64,000 nt of DNA, from NCBI GenBank assembly GCA_965249365.1, contig OZ252229.1, positions 2,117,893-2,181,892 of the forward strand, given 5' to 3'. The DNA comes from Dehalococcoidia bacterium. Lineage in GTDB: Bacteria > Chloroflexota > Dehalococcoidia > Lucifugimonadales > UBA1123. A program made the translations under genes and the position numbers. The notes beneath the pieces were generated by a model, which was not told where the DNA came from, did no database searches, and worked only from the letters and a program-made list of their open reading frames with translations. How positions within the stretch are numbered: the stretch's first letter is position 1; every line of letters begins with the position of its first letter. This document shows, piece after piece, positions 8,867 to 17,433 of the stretch.

Positions 8867-10061
8867 CGGTCATCGCCCCATTGCGGTCAAGGAACTCTCG
8901 GTACTCGTATCGTGAAACAAGTTGGAAGCGGCTCTCGTCGTCCATCATGTAGGCGTCAGGGACGGGAATCCCGTTGAAGGGAGCGGCGCGTGAGTGTGTG
9001 TACGCCCCGGAGTCGAGGATCGCCAGCCGCTCCCCGGTTGAGACCGGAGCCCCGAATCGATACTCGCCGACAACGTCGCCTGCGAGACACGACCGGCCCG
9101 CCAGCGTCACAGGGTGCCGAGAACCCGCCTGCGGGCCCACCACCGCCGGCCTGTATCCGTACTCGAACACCTCTGGCAGGTGACTCGTGGAGGTATCCAG
9201 GACCGCGATGTCCACGCCGTCATGCCTGAACACGTCCAGCACCTCGGTAACCAGAAACCCCGCGTTCTGAACGAGGGTGGTGCCCGGCTCGACGAAAACT
9301 TTCAGCCCGAACTCGCTCGACAGCCAGTTCACGGCCTCGACCAGCGGCCCGGCGTCCGTCTCTGAGCCGAGGTAGTAGCCGCCGCCCAGGTTGATCCACG
9401 TGAGCCATTCGAGCCGCATGAGCACGTCGTTCAGCGAGAAGACCGTCTCGGCAAGCTGCCCGAGGTCGTCCGACTCACAGTTGTTGTGGACGTGAATCCC
9501 ATCGACCGCGCATGCCGCTGCCGGCAGTGGCGAAGCGGACGACAAGGCTGATACCTGGACCCCCAGCTTGGAGCCTGGACGACACGGGTCGATCCGGACA
9601 TCCGAGGCGAACGACACCTCAGGGTTCACTCGCAGCCCGAGCGACGCCCGTCCGTCGTTCATCTGAAGCGCGGACGCGACCTGTGCGTACGAATTGAGCG
9701 TCACGTAGTCGGCGAGTGAGAGGACTTCCGCCATCTCGGCGCCCGAGTAGGCTGGGGAGTAGCAGTGAATCGACTGCCCTCGAGTCGCGACGGACGCGGC
9801 GATCCGCGCCTCGAAGGCGGCGCTCGCCGCAAACCCCTCTACGCAGGGGGCCAGCGCCTCCAGCACCGGTACAAGCACGCTAGGCTTGAGCGTGTATAGA
9901 AGATTGCAGCCCGCTTGCGACGCAATCACAGAGGCGTGGTTGGCGTTCTCCCGAAGCACCGCCGTAGAGTAGACGTACGCCGGCGTCGTTGGAACGTCCA
10001 ATGCCGCCCACGCCTGCGATTCAACCTGTTGATCCAATTCTACGGTCACCCCCAGAACCAA
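8853..10061 (-). CDS. Carboxynorspermidine/carboxyspermidine decarboxylase-like PLP-dependent decarboxylase
   Basis: 402-aa ORF. Motifs resemble the NspC family: LYTLKP (candidate PLP lysine), HVHNNCES, NLGGGYY, EPGTTL, GRSCLAGDVVGEY and FNGIPVP. The start is uncertain (TTG at 10061; alternatives at 10049 and 10037). Confidence 0.7.
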   Translation of the reverse strand: MVLGVTVELDQQVESQAWAALDVPTTPAYVYSTAVLRENANHASVIASQAGCNLLYTLKPSVLVPVLEALAPCVEGFAASAAFEARIAASVATRGQSIHCYSPAYSGAEMAEVLSLADYVTLNSYAQVASALQMNDGRASLGLRVNPEVSFASDVRIDPCRPGSKLGVQVSALSSASPLPAAACAVDGIHVHNNCESDDLGQLAETVFSLNDVLMRLEWLTWINLGGGYYLGSETDAGPLVEAVNWLSSEFGLKVFVEPGTTLVQNAGFLVTEVLDVFRHDGVDIAVLDTSTSHLPEVFEYGYRPAVVGPQAGSRHPVTLAGRSCLAGDVVGEYRFGAPVSTGERLAILDSGAYTHSRAAPFNGIPVPDAYMMDDESRFQLVSRYEYREFLDRNGAMTVAAT

Positions 10062-10076
10062 TGTAGCACAGTTGCG

Positions 10077-11456
10077 TTACACCAACTCCCTTAGCTGGAT
10101 GACCGCCAGTCCCATCTCCGGGCTGCCCCCTTCGAACCTCCGGTATCGCGCAAGCAGGTGATCGTAGCAGTCCAGGACATACCCTGCGGCCTCCGGGTCG
10201 GACTCCTGGAATCTCAACCCTATCCGCCCGTCGAGATTCCACTCGGCGCGGACCTCGAATTCCAGACTGTTCGGTCCGGCCAGGTTTCCGTACAGCTCCA
10301 CTAGCCCGTCGAACTCCTCGTCGTCTCGAAACGGGGCCGGGGATACCAGGAATTCAGGAGTGATCGTCAGCCCGAGCTCGTTGTCGAACACCTGAACCAG
10401 ATCGATCTCCGGGATGAAGCTCTCCATCGCGTAGCAGAGGCCCTCTCCCAGGTCGTCCGGCGCCCTGTGGTAGTAGAACTCCTCGTCGTATGTCGCCATG
10501 CGCACCGGCAACGGACGCTGATCGTTGAGGATCTCGGAGCAGCGCGACCCTCGCTCGAAGAGAAAGGGGATGTTTCCGTTCGTCGCGTCGACCAACAGCG
10601 GTTCCTCGTCGAGTCGAAACTCGAGCGCCAGATGCTGCCAAAATCGCATGGCGTCCTGCGCGCCATGGAAGTCGAACGACTCCAGGACGTGCCTGAGTCG
10701 CTCGGTCGGTAGTGGTCCTATAGCGTCCGGTCCCGCGAAAACGTACCCTGGGTCAAAGCCGTACGCGTCAGCAATGAACCTGAGCGCCTGCACCTTCTCG
10801 GAACAGATACCGCCGCGGCCTTCAATGATGTTCAGGATCGTCTCGTCCCCGGTCTTGTACGGCAGCTTCGGCCCGGAGAACCGCGAGTAGTTCTCGAAGG
10901 GACTGTCCCAAATTGCGCGGGCAACGCGGTGGAGGAACTCAAGCCGCCCCTCTTTCGTACCGAGCAGCGGCTGTAAGGCGCCCTGCGAGTCGTACTCGTC
11001 GGAAAGGGCTGCGTCTACGAAGCTCCGAAACAACGGCTCATTCCGCTCCCAACGCCGGCGATTGAAGCCGGTCCAGTTGCGAGAGTAGTCGCACTCGCTG
11101 CGGTCGATCAAGACGTCGACGAGCTGCACGTCCGTACCTCCCAACGTGGCAGGTATCCACGGCGGAGGCGCACCCGCGTCCAGCGCGTGCGGACCGTCCC
11201 TGAGCACCGTCTTAGGGTGCAAGGGCCCGGGATAGCCGTCGTCCTCGAGCAGGAGGACAAGGTCCCGGAGCGTCTCGAACGCCTCCAGGTCCTCGGGCAG
11301 CAGACGGTTTCCGGCGACCAGCGGTCCAACGTCCTCAACCTCGAGATACAGCCCTGTAAGTTGCCTCAGGGTTAGGTCCGAGTCCTCATCCGCGGTCCTA
11401 AGGACGCAGGACCTCCCGGTCAGGTAGTCGGTCCATCTGAGGAAGAGTGGGAGCAT
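10077..11456 (-). CDS. Transglutaminase-like (Cys-His-Asp papain-fold) protein
   Basis: The ORF runs to 11474. I prefer the ATG at 11456 because of the GAGAGG Shine-Dalgarno. The core pattern RGGICSEKVQALRFIADAYGFDPGYVFAG ... WQHLALEFRLDEEPLLVDATNG resembles the transglutaminase-core arrangement G.C..F/A...GIP.R.V.G / H.W.E / D.T. Confidence 0.55.
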   Translation of the reverse strand: MLPLFLRWTDYLTGRSCVLRTADEDSDLTLRQLTGLYLEVEDVGPLVAGNRLLPEDLEAFETLRDLVLLLEDDGYPGPLHPKTVLRDGPHALDAGAPPPWIPATLGGTDVQLVDVLIDRSECDYSRNWTGFNRRRWERNEPLFRSFVDAALSDEYDSQGALQPLLGTKEGRLEFLHRVARAIWDSPFENYSRFSGPKLPYKTGDETILNIIEGRGGICSEKVQALRFIADAYGFDPGYVFAGPDAIGPLPTERLRHVLESFDFHGAQDAMRFWQHLALEFRLDEEPLLVDATNGNIPFLFERGSRCSEILNDQRPLPVRMATYDEEFYYHRAPDDLGEGLCYAMESFIPEIDLVQVFDNELGLTITPEFLVSPAPFRDDEEFDGLVELYGNLAGPNSLEFEVRAEWNLDGRIGLRFQESDPEAAGYVLDCYDHLLARYRRFEGGSPEMGLAVIQLRELV

Positions 11457-11513
11457 CCCGCCTCTCAGCGACAAGGGTTCCGGTCAATCCGCCAGTTGCA
11501 GGTTGTGGGCCAG

Positions 11514-11542
11514 ATCATAGCTGTGCCCTCAGACGCGGTCAA
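11514..11542 (-). promoter_or_regulatory. Putative sigma70-type promoter for the minus-strand operon (TTGACC-17 nt-TATGAT)
   Basis: The hexamers were read on the reverse complement, about 60 nt upstream of the ATG at 11456. Confidence 0.4.
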
Positions 11543-11642
11543 ACGGCAGACCGCTGATACTTTTCGTTCCCGCGGAGGAAAACGCGGCAAATGTACCGCC
11601 GATCGTGCGCGTGTCTCGAAGCCCTGCCTGCGATATAATCGG

Positions 11643-12383
11643 ATGATGACGTCGACACGTCCCAGCCCTCTCCATACCGCGTTGGTCGCTCTACTCGTGG
11701 CGCTCACTCTGTCGCTTGCCTGTGGGCAGGCGGAGGAGTCCGCCGAGCTTGTCAGCGCGCAGCCGACCGCAGCTCCCACTACACCCTCTCCGACTTTCAC
11801 TCCGATTCCTCCTAGTCCCACTCCACAGCCGTCGCCGACCGCAACACCCGTGCCGCCGACGCCGACGCCGCGCAAACTCGAGCCAACCGTCACGGCCACT
11901 CCCGCTCCGACGCCCGTCACCATCAGGCGCCCCTCCTCGGCGTTTCCGGCCATCGAGTTCCAGATCGAAACTTTCGCGGGCGAGACACTCGCCCTGTCGG
12001 ACCTGGAAGGGCAGGTTGTTGTCCTCAACTTCTGGGCTTCGTGGTGTCCCCCCTGTCGATGGGAGATGCCGTTCTTCGAAGAGATATCCCAGGAGTACAG
12101 CGGTCAGGACGTGACCTTCTTTGGTGTCGCCGTGTCGGACACCCTGGAGAACGCGGCTGGATTCGCAAACATGGTCGGTGTTACATATCCGAACGGGTTG
12201 GATGCGTCCGGGCGGATTGGTAGAGAGTACGAGGTGCGGTCGCTCCCCACGACCTTCCTGATCGATAGGGAAGGGGTGGTGCAGCGACGGGTCGCAAACG
12301 CGGTCCCGGAAGCGATCCTGAGGATCTTTATCGACGGTCAATTGAAGTCGCCCCCGGGTGCAAAACCAGAGGTCTTAAATTGA
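11643..12383 (+). CDS. TlpA/ResA-family thiol:disulfide oxidoreductase lipoprotein with Pro/Thr-rich linker
   Basis: Signal peptide and lipobox (LSLAC), a P/T/S-rich linker, then a thioredoxin fold with WASWCPPCRWEMP. The ATG at 11643 is chosen inside the longer track ORF. Confidence 0.8.
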   Translation: MMTSTRPSPLHTALVALLVALTLSLACGQAEESAELVSAQPTAAPTTPSPTFTPIPPSPTPQPSPTATPVPPTPTPRKLEPTVTATPAPTPVTIRRPSSAFPAIEFQIETFAGETLALSDLEGQVVVLNFWASWCPPCRWEMPFFEEISQEYSGQDVTFFGVAVSDTLENAAGFANMVGVTYPNGLDASGRIGREYEVRSLPTTFLIDREGVVQRRVANAVPEAILRIFIDGQLKSPPGAKPEVLN

Positions 12384-12409
12384 CACCGTTTTTCGGCAAT
12401 GACTATAAT
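12380..12409 (+). promoter_or_regulatory. Putative promoter of rpmH operon (TTGACA-18 nt-TATAAT)
   Basis: Both hexamers are consensus and were read directly. The -10 ends 26 nt before the rpmH ATG, and a GAGAGG Shine-Dalgarno lies between them. Confidence 0.55.
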
Positions 12410-12435
12410 CCCCGTGCTTGAGAGGTCGGTTTCAG

Positions 12436-12573
12436 ATGCCAAAGCGAACATATCAGCCGAAGAATAGACGGCGCGCTCGCGTGCACGGGTTCAGGTCAAG
12501 AATGCGGACACGCGGCGGAAGATCCGTATTGAAGAGGCGCATGTTCAAGGGCAGGCAGAGGCTCACCGTCTGA
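12436..12573 (+). CDS. rpmH: 50S ribosomal protein L34
   Basis: Hand translation gives [45 protein letters not shown] (45 aa). It is below the ORF-track cutoff and sits upstream of rnpA as in most bacteria. Confidence 0.95.
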   Translation: MPKRTYQPKNRRRARVHGFRSRMRTRGGRSVLKRRMFKGRQRLTV

Positions 12574-12636
12574 TCCGGACAAACCGGCATCTGTAGCGCC
12601 CCAGGCGACCTCACGCAGCTGTTCTGGGGAGAGTCG

Positions 12637-12975
12637 ATGGACAGGGCGGGCCGCCTCCGGAAAACCAGGGATTTCGAAACGGTACGACGGGAAGGGAATA
12701 GCTGGTCCGATCGAAGACTCGTCCTCGTCGCCAGGCCAACCGGCGCGCCGAGGACGCGGATCGGATTCGCGGTCAGCAGCCGGCTCGGAAATGCCGTTGT
12801 CCGAAACAAGATAAAACGAAGGTTGAAGTCGGCCGCCGCCGAGCTTGCTCCGAAGTCAGGATGGGACCTGGTGGTCATAGCGAGGATCGGATCGAAGGCG
12901 ACAGGCTTTCAGGACTTGAAGAGGTCGTTGAGCCGGTTGATAGTCCGGGGCCGTCTTAACGAGAATCAGCAGTAA
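12637..12975 (+). CDS. rnpA: Ribonuclease P protein component
   Basis: 112-aa basic ORF containing FAVSSRLGNAVVRNKIKRRLK. Its position between rpmH and yidD supports the call. Confidence 0.9.
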   Translation: MDRAGRLRKTRDFETVRREGNSWSDRRLVLVARPTGAPRTRIGFAVSSRLGNAVVRNKIKRRLKSAAAELAPKSGWDLVVIARIGSKATGFQDLKRSLSRLIVRGRLNENQQ

Positions 12976-12980
12976 TCCGT

Positions 12981-13208
12981 GTGGGTGGTATCAGAGTGAC
13001 AAGGAACGTGGCGCTCGGGGCAATCAGGTTGTACCAGGTTGCGGTCTCACCCTACCTGACTGGACTGTGCAGGCATTCGCCGACCTGCTCGAACTACGCA
13101 TATGAGGCAATCGTCAGACACGGACTGGGTCGGGGCGCGTGGTACGCCATGAAGCGCCTCATGCGCTGCCGTCCAATGGGCACTCGCGGCTTTGATCCCG
13201 TTCCATAG
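12981..13208 (+). CDS. yidD: Membrane protein insertion efficiency factor YidD
   Basis: 75 aa. Contains IRLYQ..SP......CRHSPTCSNYAYEAI..HG...G.W.A.KRL.RC.P. Confidence 0.9.
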   Translation: MGGIRVTRNVALGAIRLYQVAVSPYLTGLCRHSPTCSNYAYEAIVRHGLGRGAWYAMKRLMRCRPMGTRGFDPVP

Positions 13209-13261
13209 CTCCCTGTTCTGTACTGAATAGCCAGGATGCCCGGACGCCGGGCATCACCACT

Positions 13262-14449
13262 ATGAACACTTACCACAGCTCAGCTACCAAGACCGTCAAG
13301 CGGTCGCCGGTGGCGCTTATCATCGTACTCATCCTCGCCGCGCTCTTTGTGGGCGCGTGCTCCAGCAGCGGGTGCGAGCGATTCAGCAATCCTCAGGGAT
13401 GGTCTTCCGGCACTGTCAGCGGCGACGACCTCTACATCGGCACGATGGAGGGAGAGGTCCTTGCCGTGGAGAAAGAGACCGGAGATCAGCGGTGGCGCAA
13501 GGCGCTCCCGACCGAAGAAGATCTCGATCGGGGCATCTATGGGGCGCCCGCGGTTACCGACGATGTTGTGCTGGTTGGCGGCTACGACGGCGTGCTGTAC
13601 GCGTACGACCGGCAGGGCGACCAGCTCTGGCAGGAACGCTTTCCCGGCAGGATCGTCGGAGGGCCCACGGTCTACGGCAACCTCGCTCTCGTCGGAACAG
13701 GGTCCGTGGGCCAGTCGCGAGGATCGAGAGGCGCCCTCTACGCGATCGACATCCAGGAAGGCGATCCCGTCTGGAGCTACAACACTTCAGGGCCGATTTG
13801 GTCCTCGCCGGCCGTGGTTGACGGCGTCGCCTACGTCGGCTCACTCGATCATCACGTGCATGCCGTGAACGTATCCGACGGGACCGAGAAGTGGAGCTAC
13901 AAGACCGGAGGCGCGGTCGTCTCCGGATTTGCCGTCCATGACGGCCTGGTCATGTTCGGAGGATTTGACAGCACGTTCTACGCGCTCGACGCTGATTCCG
14001 GAAACCTCGTCTGGGACTTTCACGGCTCGACCCGATGGTTCTGGGCGGCCCCACTCGTGCACGATGGGACCGTTTACGCGCCCTCTCTCGACGGCACGCT
14101 CTACGCCCTGGACGTCCAAACCGGCAGCCTCGAATGGCGATACACGACAGAGGGCCAGCTTGTTGGCACGCCCGCGGTCGTGAATGACCTGATCGCCGTA
14201 CCGGTTGCGGATGGCGGAAACTCGAAGATCGTTCTGATCGAGTTCAATGGCGCTGAACAGGGCGCCTGCCTGATCGGTGATGACGTCCGCACCTCGATTG
14301 AGGTTTCAGGCGACCTGATATACTTTGCCTCAACCGACCACACAATCAGGGCCCTTCGGATCAAGGGCACCGGCAACCCCGACGAGGAGTGGGTGTACGT
14401 GACCGACGCGGACAACCCTTACCCTCACGACCGGGCAAAGGCGTGCTGA
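13262..14449 (+). CDS. PQQ-like beta-propeller repeat lipoprotein (BamB-like fold)
   Basis: 395 aa with a signal peptide and Cys (FVGAC). It carries repeated G.(L/V)YA(L/V)D..(T/D)G...W motifs typical of PQQ-like propeller blades. Confidence 0.8.
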   Translation: MNTYHSSATKTVKRSPVALIIVLILAALFVGACSSSGCERFSNPQGWSSGTVSGDDLYIGTMEGEVLAVEKETGDQRWRKALPTEEDLDRGIYGAPAVTDDVVLVGGYDGVLYAYDRQGDQLWQERFPGRIVGGPTVYGNLALVGTGSVGQSRGSRGALYAIDIQEGDPVWSYNTSGPIWSSPAVVDGVAYVGSLDHHVHAVNVSDGTEKWSYKTGGAVVSGFAVHDGLVMFGGFDSTFYALDADSGNLVWDFHGSTRWFWAAPLVHDGTVYAPSLDGTLYALDVQTGSLEWRYTTEGQLVGTPAVVNDLIAVPVADGGNSKIVLIEFNGAEQGACLIGDDVRTSIEVSGDLIYFASTDHTIRALRIKGTGNPDEEWVYVTDADNPYPHDRAKAC

Positions 14450-14453
14450 TAGA

Positions 14454-15386
14454 TTGGAATTCTTAGAGTTCCTGGCTGACACCTGGAATCTAGTCATCAT
14501 CCAGCCCATGATAAATGGGCTGGTTCTGCTATACTCGTCGCTCTTCTCCAACTTCGGAATCGCTATCATCGCGTTCACGCTGCTGGTCAGGGTTATCATG
14601 ATCCCGCTGACTGTCAAGCAGAGTCGCCAGATCAAGGCGATGTCCGCGCTCCAGCCGCTGATGAAGGAGATCCAGGAAAAGTACAAAGGAGATCGGGGAC
14701 GGGCATCACGGGAGACGATGGCGCTCTACAAGGAGCGGGGCGTCAATCCGATTGGCTGCTTGGGACCCATGTTCATACAGTTCCCGATCTGGATCGGGCT
14801 GTACCAGTCGATCATTCAGACCGTGCCATCCGCCCCCGAAAGTCTCGTCAGCCTGTCTCGACACCTCTACGACTGGCTCCCACAGGTGCACAGCGTCATC
14901 CCGATCGACAGCGGTTTCCTCTGGATGGACCTGGCCAGGCCGGACCCCTCCCCGATAGTCATGCCGATCCTGGTCGGCGTTTCGATGTGGATGATGCAGA
15001 AGATGACGACGATGCCCACGGCCGATCAACGTCAAGCGTCGACCAACAGGATGATGCTTTGGATGATGCCGGCCATGTTCGGCTTCTTTACCTTGAATTT
15101 CCCGAGCGGCCTCGCGGTCTACTGGGTAGTCTCGAACGTGGTTGGTCTGGTGATCCAGGGATTCGTGACCGGTTGGGACCCGATTTTGAACCTGTATAAG
15201 TTTGGTCGCGGAAGTACCGAAGAGATCGCAACGGCCTCTGCGCTTGCACCCGCGCCGACTGCCCCCGCCGAGGAGACGAATGATGCGCGAGATGGAGATG
15301 TCCGCCAGAACGGTGGAAGAAGCAATCGAGGTCGCCCTAAAGGAGCTAGACGCCGCTCGCAGCGACGTCGAAATCGACGTCGTTAG
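14454..15386 (+). CDS. yidC: Membrane protein insertase YidC (short type) with Arg-rich C-terminal tail
   Basis: 310 aa. It has the conserved core ..TLLVRVIMIPLTVKQ..S...M..LQP.M.EIQEKYK.D......E.M.LYKE.GVNP..GCLP..IQ.PI. and the tail RRRSQRRRNRRR. Confidence 0.9.
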   Translation: MEFLEFLADTWNLVIIQPMINGLVLLYSSLFSNFGIAIIAFTLLVRVIMIPLTVKQSRQIKAMSALQPLMKEIQEKYKGDRGRASRETMALYKERGVNPIGCLGPMFIQFPIWIGLYQSIIQTVPSAPESLVSLSRHLYDWLPQVHSVIPIDSGFLWMDLARPDPSPIVMPILVGVSMWMMQKMTTMPTADQRQASTNRMMLWMMPAMFGFFTLNFPSGLAVYWVVSNVVGLVIQGFVTGWDPILNLYKFGRGSTEEIATASALAPAPTAPAEETNDARDGDVRQNGGRSNRGRPKGARRRSQRRRNRRR

Positions 15387-15918
15387 CCGAGGCAAGGCCG
15401 GCATTCTCGGCATCGGCTCCGAACCTGCTAGGGTTCGAGTCACTCTACTGGACTCTCCGTCGGACGTCGTCCGGGCCACTTCCGAGACTGTGGAGACCCT
15501 GATCTCCTTGCTCAACGTAGACGTGATGCTGACGCTGAAGCAGATGCACAACGATGACCTCGACGGACCGGTGTTCGACATCGAAGGGGATGACGCCGGC
15601 CTGCTGATCGGGCGCAAGGGTGAAACACTGAAGACGCTCCAGTTCCTGGTCAGGTACATTGTGAGCCAGAAACTCGACGACAGGGTAAACTTGATGATCG
15701 ACGTCGAGGGCTACCAGGAGAGACGTCACCAGTCGCTGGCAAACATGGCGCACAGGGTAGCCCGCCGCGTCGCCGACACCGGCCGGCCTATCACACTCGA
15801 GCCGATGCCCCCCGCCGAGCGGCGAATCGTTCACATGACCCTTACCAACCATCCCAGGGTGACCACCGAAAGTACCGGCGACGGATCGTCAAGACAGGTC
15901 GTGATCCTGTTGAAGTGA
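15280..15918 (+). CDS. jag: RNA-binding protein Jag/KhpB (Jag_N, KH, R3H)
   Basis: N-terminal MSARTVEEAIEVALKEL, KH-like GDDAGLLIGRKGETLKTLQ, and R3H-like LEPMPPAERRIVHMTL. The start is one of the Met codons at 15280-15298, and every one of them overlaps yidC. Confidence 0.85.
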   Translation: MMREMEMSARTVEEAIEVALKELDAARSDVEIDVVSRGKAGILGIGSEPARVRVTLLDSPSDVVRATSETVETLISLLNVDVMLTLKQMHNDDLDGPVFDIEGDDAGLLIGRKGETLKTLQFLVRYIVSQKLDDRVNLMIDVEGYQERRHQSLANMAHRVARRVADTGRPITLEPMPPAERRIVHMTLTNHPRVTTESTGDGSSRQVVILLK

Positions 15919-15933
15919 TCTCGCAACACTCCC

Positions 15934-16671
15934 ATGAATCCCAGCGACCACATCCGCACCCTCACCTTACGGGGGTCTAATGGTGACAACCTTGTCGCCT
16001 TAGACGTCGTCGCCGACCTATCAGACCAGATCACAGAGGCCCGGTATGACGAGGACTGCTGGGTCATCGTCCTGAACTCTCGAGGCACGGAGTTCTGTCT
16101 CGGCACCCACCCCGGCGCGATACGCGAGTCCGCGTCGACTACTTCCCTTGTAATCGCGGCGCAGATCGCCGCGATCGAGCAACCCGTGGTCTGCACTATT
16201 GAAGGATCGGCCCACGACCAGGGGCTTGAGATCGCTCTCGCCTGCGACGTCCGCGTCGCGTCCGAGGCGGCGACCTTCAGGATGGGCCATGTCCTAGCCG
16301 GACTCATGCCGTGGGACGGAGGAACACAGCGCCTCCCGCGGCTGATCGGCCGCGCAAGAGCGACCGAGATGCTCCTCACCGGCAAGGAGGTTTCCGCCGA
16401 GGATGCGTTGCGGTTCGGGCTGGTCAACGAGGTTGTGGACGGTGGAGAAGTGAACGCCCGTGCCCGCGGAATCGCTGAAAATATCGCCAGACATGGCCCG
16501 ATCGCCCTGCGGTATCTCAAAGAGGCTGTGCTGACCGGTATGGATGGGACACTTCGCCAGGGTCTGCGGCTCGAAGCCGACCTGAGCTTCCTGCTGCAGT
16601 CCACCGCCGACCGGCAGGAGGGAATCGAATCGTTTATCGACAGGCGCGGTCCTACCTACCGAAACGAGTGA
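15934..16671 (+). CDS. Enoyl-CoA hydratase/isomerase (crotonase) family protein
   Basis: 245 aa with crotonase-fold motifs (P.V..I.G.A.G.GLE.ALACD.R.A...A.F, R..G...A.E..LTG.). Confidence 0.8.
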   Translation: MNPSDHIRTLTLRGSNGDNLVALDVVADLSDQITEARYDEDCWVIVLNSRGTEFCLGTHPGAIRESASTTSLVIAAQIAAIEQPVVCTIEGSAHDQGLEIALACDVRVASEAATFRMGHVLAGLMPWDGGTQRLPRLIGRARATEMLLTGKEVSAEDALRFGLVNEVVDGGEVNARARGIAENIARHGPIALRYLKEAVLTGMDGTLRQGLRLEADLSFLLQSTADRQEGIESFIDRRGPTYRNE

Positions 16672-16693
16672 GGTCCCACTCAGAGACGCAGTC

Positions 16694-17422
16694 ATGATCG
16701 CCGACGAATCCACAGTCCTGTTCAGCAAGTCGGGCCCGGTCGCGAACCTCGTCCTCAATCGACCGGAGGTCATCAACGCCTTCGATGTCCGTATGCGCGA
16801 CGATCTATTCTCGGCGCTTGAGGCCGTCAGGGACGATCCCGACGTGGCCTCGATCGTCGTCAGTGGGGCAGGGGACCGCGGATTCTGCGCTGGCGCGGAC
16901 CTCACCGAGTTCGGCACCGCGCCGTCTCAGACGATTGCGCGCCAGGTGCGTTGGGAGCGCGACCTGTGGGGCCTGTTCCTGGCTATCGAAAAGCCGATTG
17001 TGGCTGCGCTCCACGGCTACGTCATAGGCTCCGGCGTCGAGATCGCCTGCCTGTGCGACCTCAGAATCGCGTCGTCCGAAGCCCTGTTCAGGATGCCGGA
17101 GACCGCGCTCAGCATGGTGCCGGCCGCAGGCGGCAGCCAGACCATCGCCAGGACGATAGGTACTGGGCCCGCAATGCGGATGCTGCTTGAAAACCAGGTG
17201 CTCGACGCCCAGACGGCCTTGGACCTTGGGCTGGTCCAAGATGTCGTCGATCGAGCCCGACTCGACTCGGTCGCATTTGAGCTCGCTCTCGGGCTCGCGC
17301 GAATCCCGCCCGCCCTGGTGGCTGCGGTCAAGCGCTCTATTGCCGATGGCATGGACACCACGCTAGAACTGGGATTGGCCATAGAGTCTCGCCTCGCCAC
17401 GGCCATCCTCAATTGGAATTAG
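16694..17422 (+). CDS. Enoyl-CoA hydratase/isomerase (crotonase) family protein
   Basis: 242 aa. Contains LNRPEVINAF, GAGDRGFCAGADL and KPIVAALHGYVIGSGVEIACLCDLRIAS. Confidence 0.85.
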   Translation: MIADESTVLFSKSGPVANLVLNRPEVINAFDVRMRDDLFSALEAVRDDPDVASIVVSGAGDRGFCAGADLTEFGTAPSQTIARQVRWERDLWGLFLAIEKPIVAALHGYVIGSGVEIACLCDLRIASSEALFRMPETALSMVPAAGGSQTIARTIGTGPAMRMLLENQVLDAQTALDLGLVQDVVDRARLDSVAFELALGLARIPPALVAAVKRSIADGMDTTLELGLAIESRLATAILNWN

Positions 17423-17433
17423 CACGGATCCTC

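Noticed and set aside
11475-12436. Replication origin / dnaA next to rpmH
   Set aside because: The gene upstream of rpmH is a TlpA-like oxidoreductase. There is no dnaA, and I could see no cluster of DnaA-box-like 9-mers.
14706-15659. 317-aa minus-strand ORF
   Set aside because: It is antisense to yidC and jag, low-complexity and Ser/Arg-rich. It is a shadow ORF.
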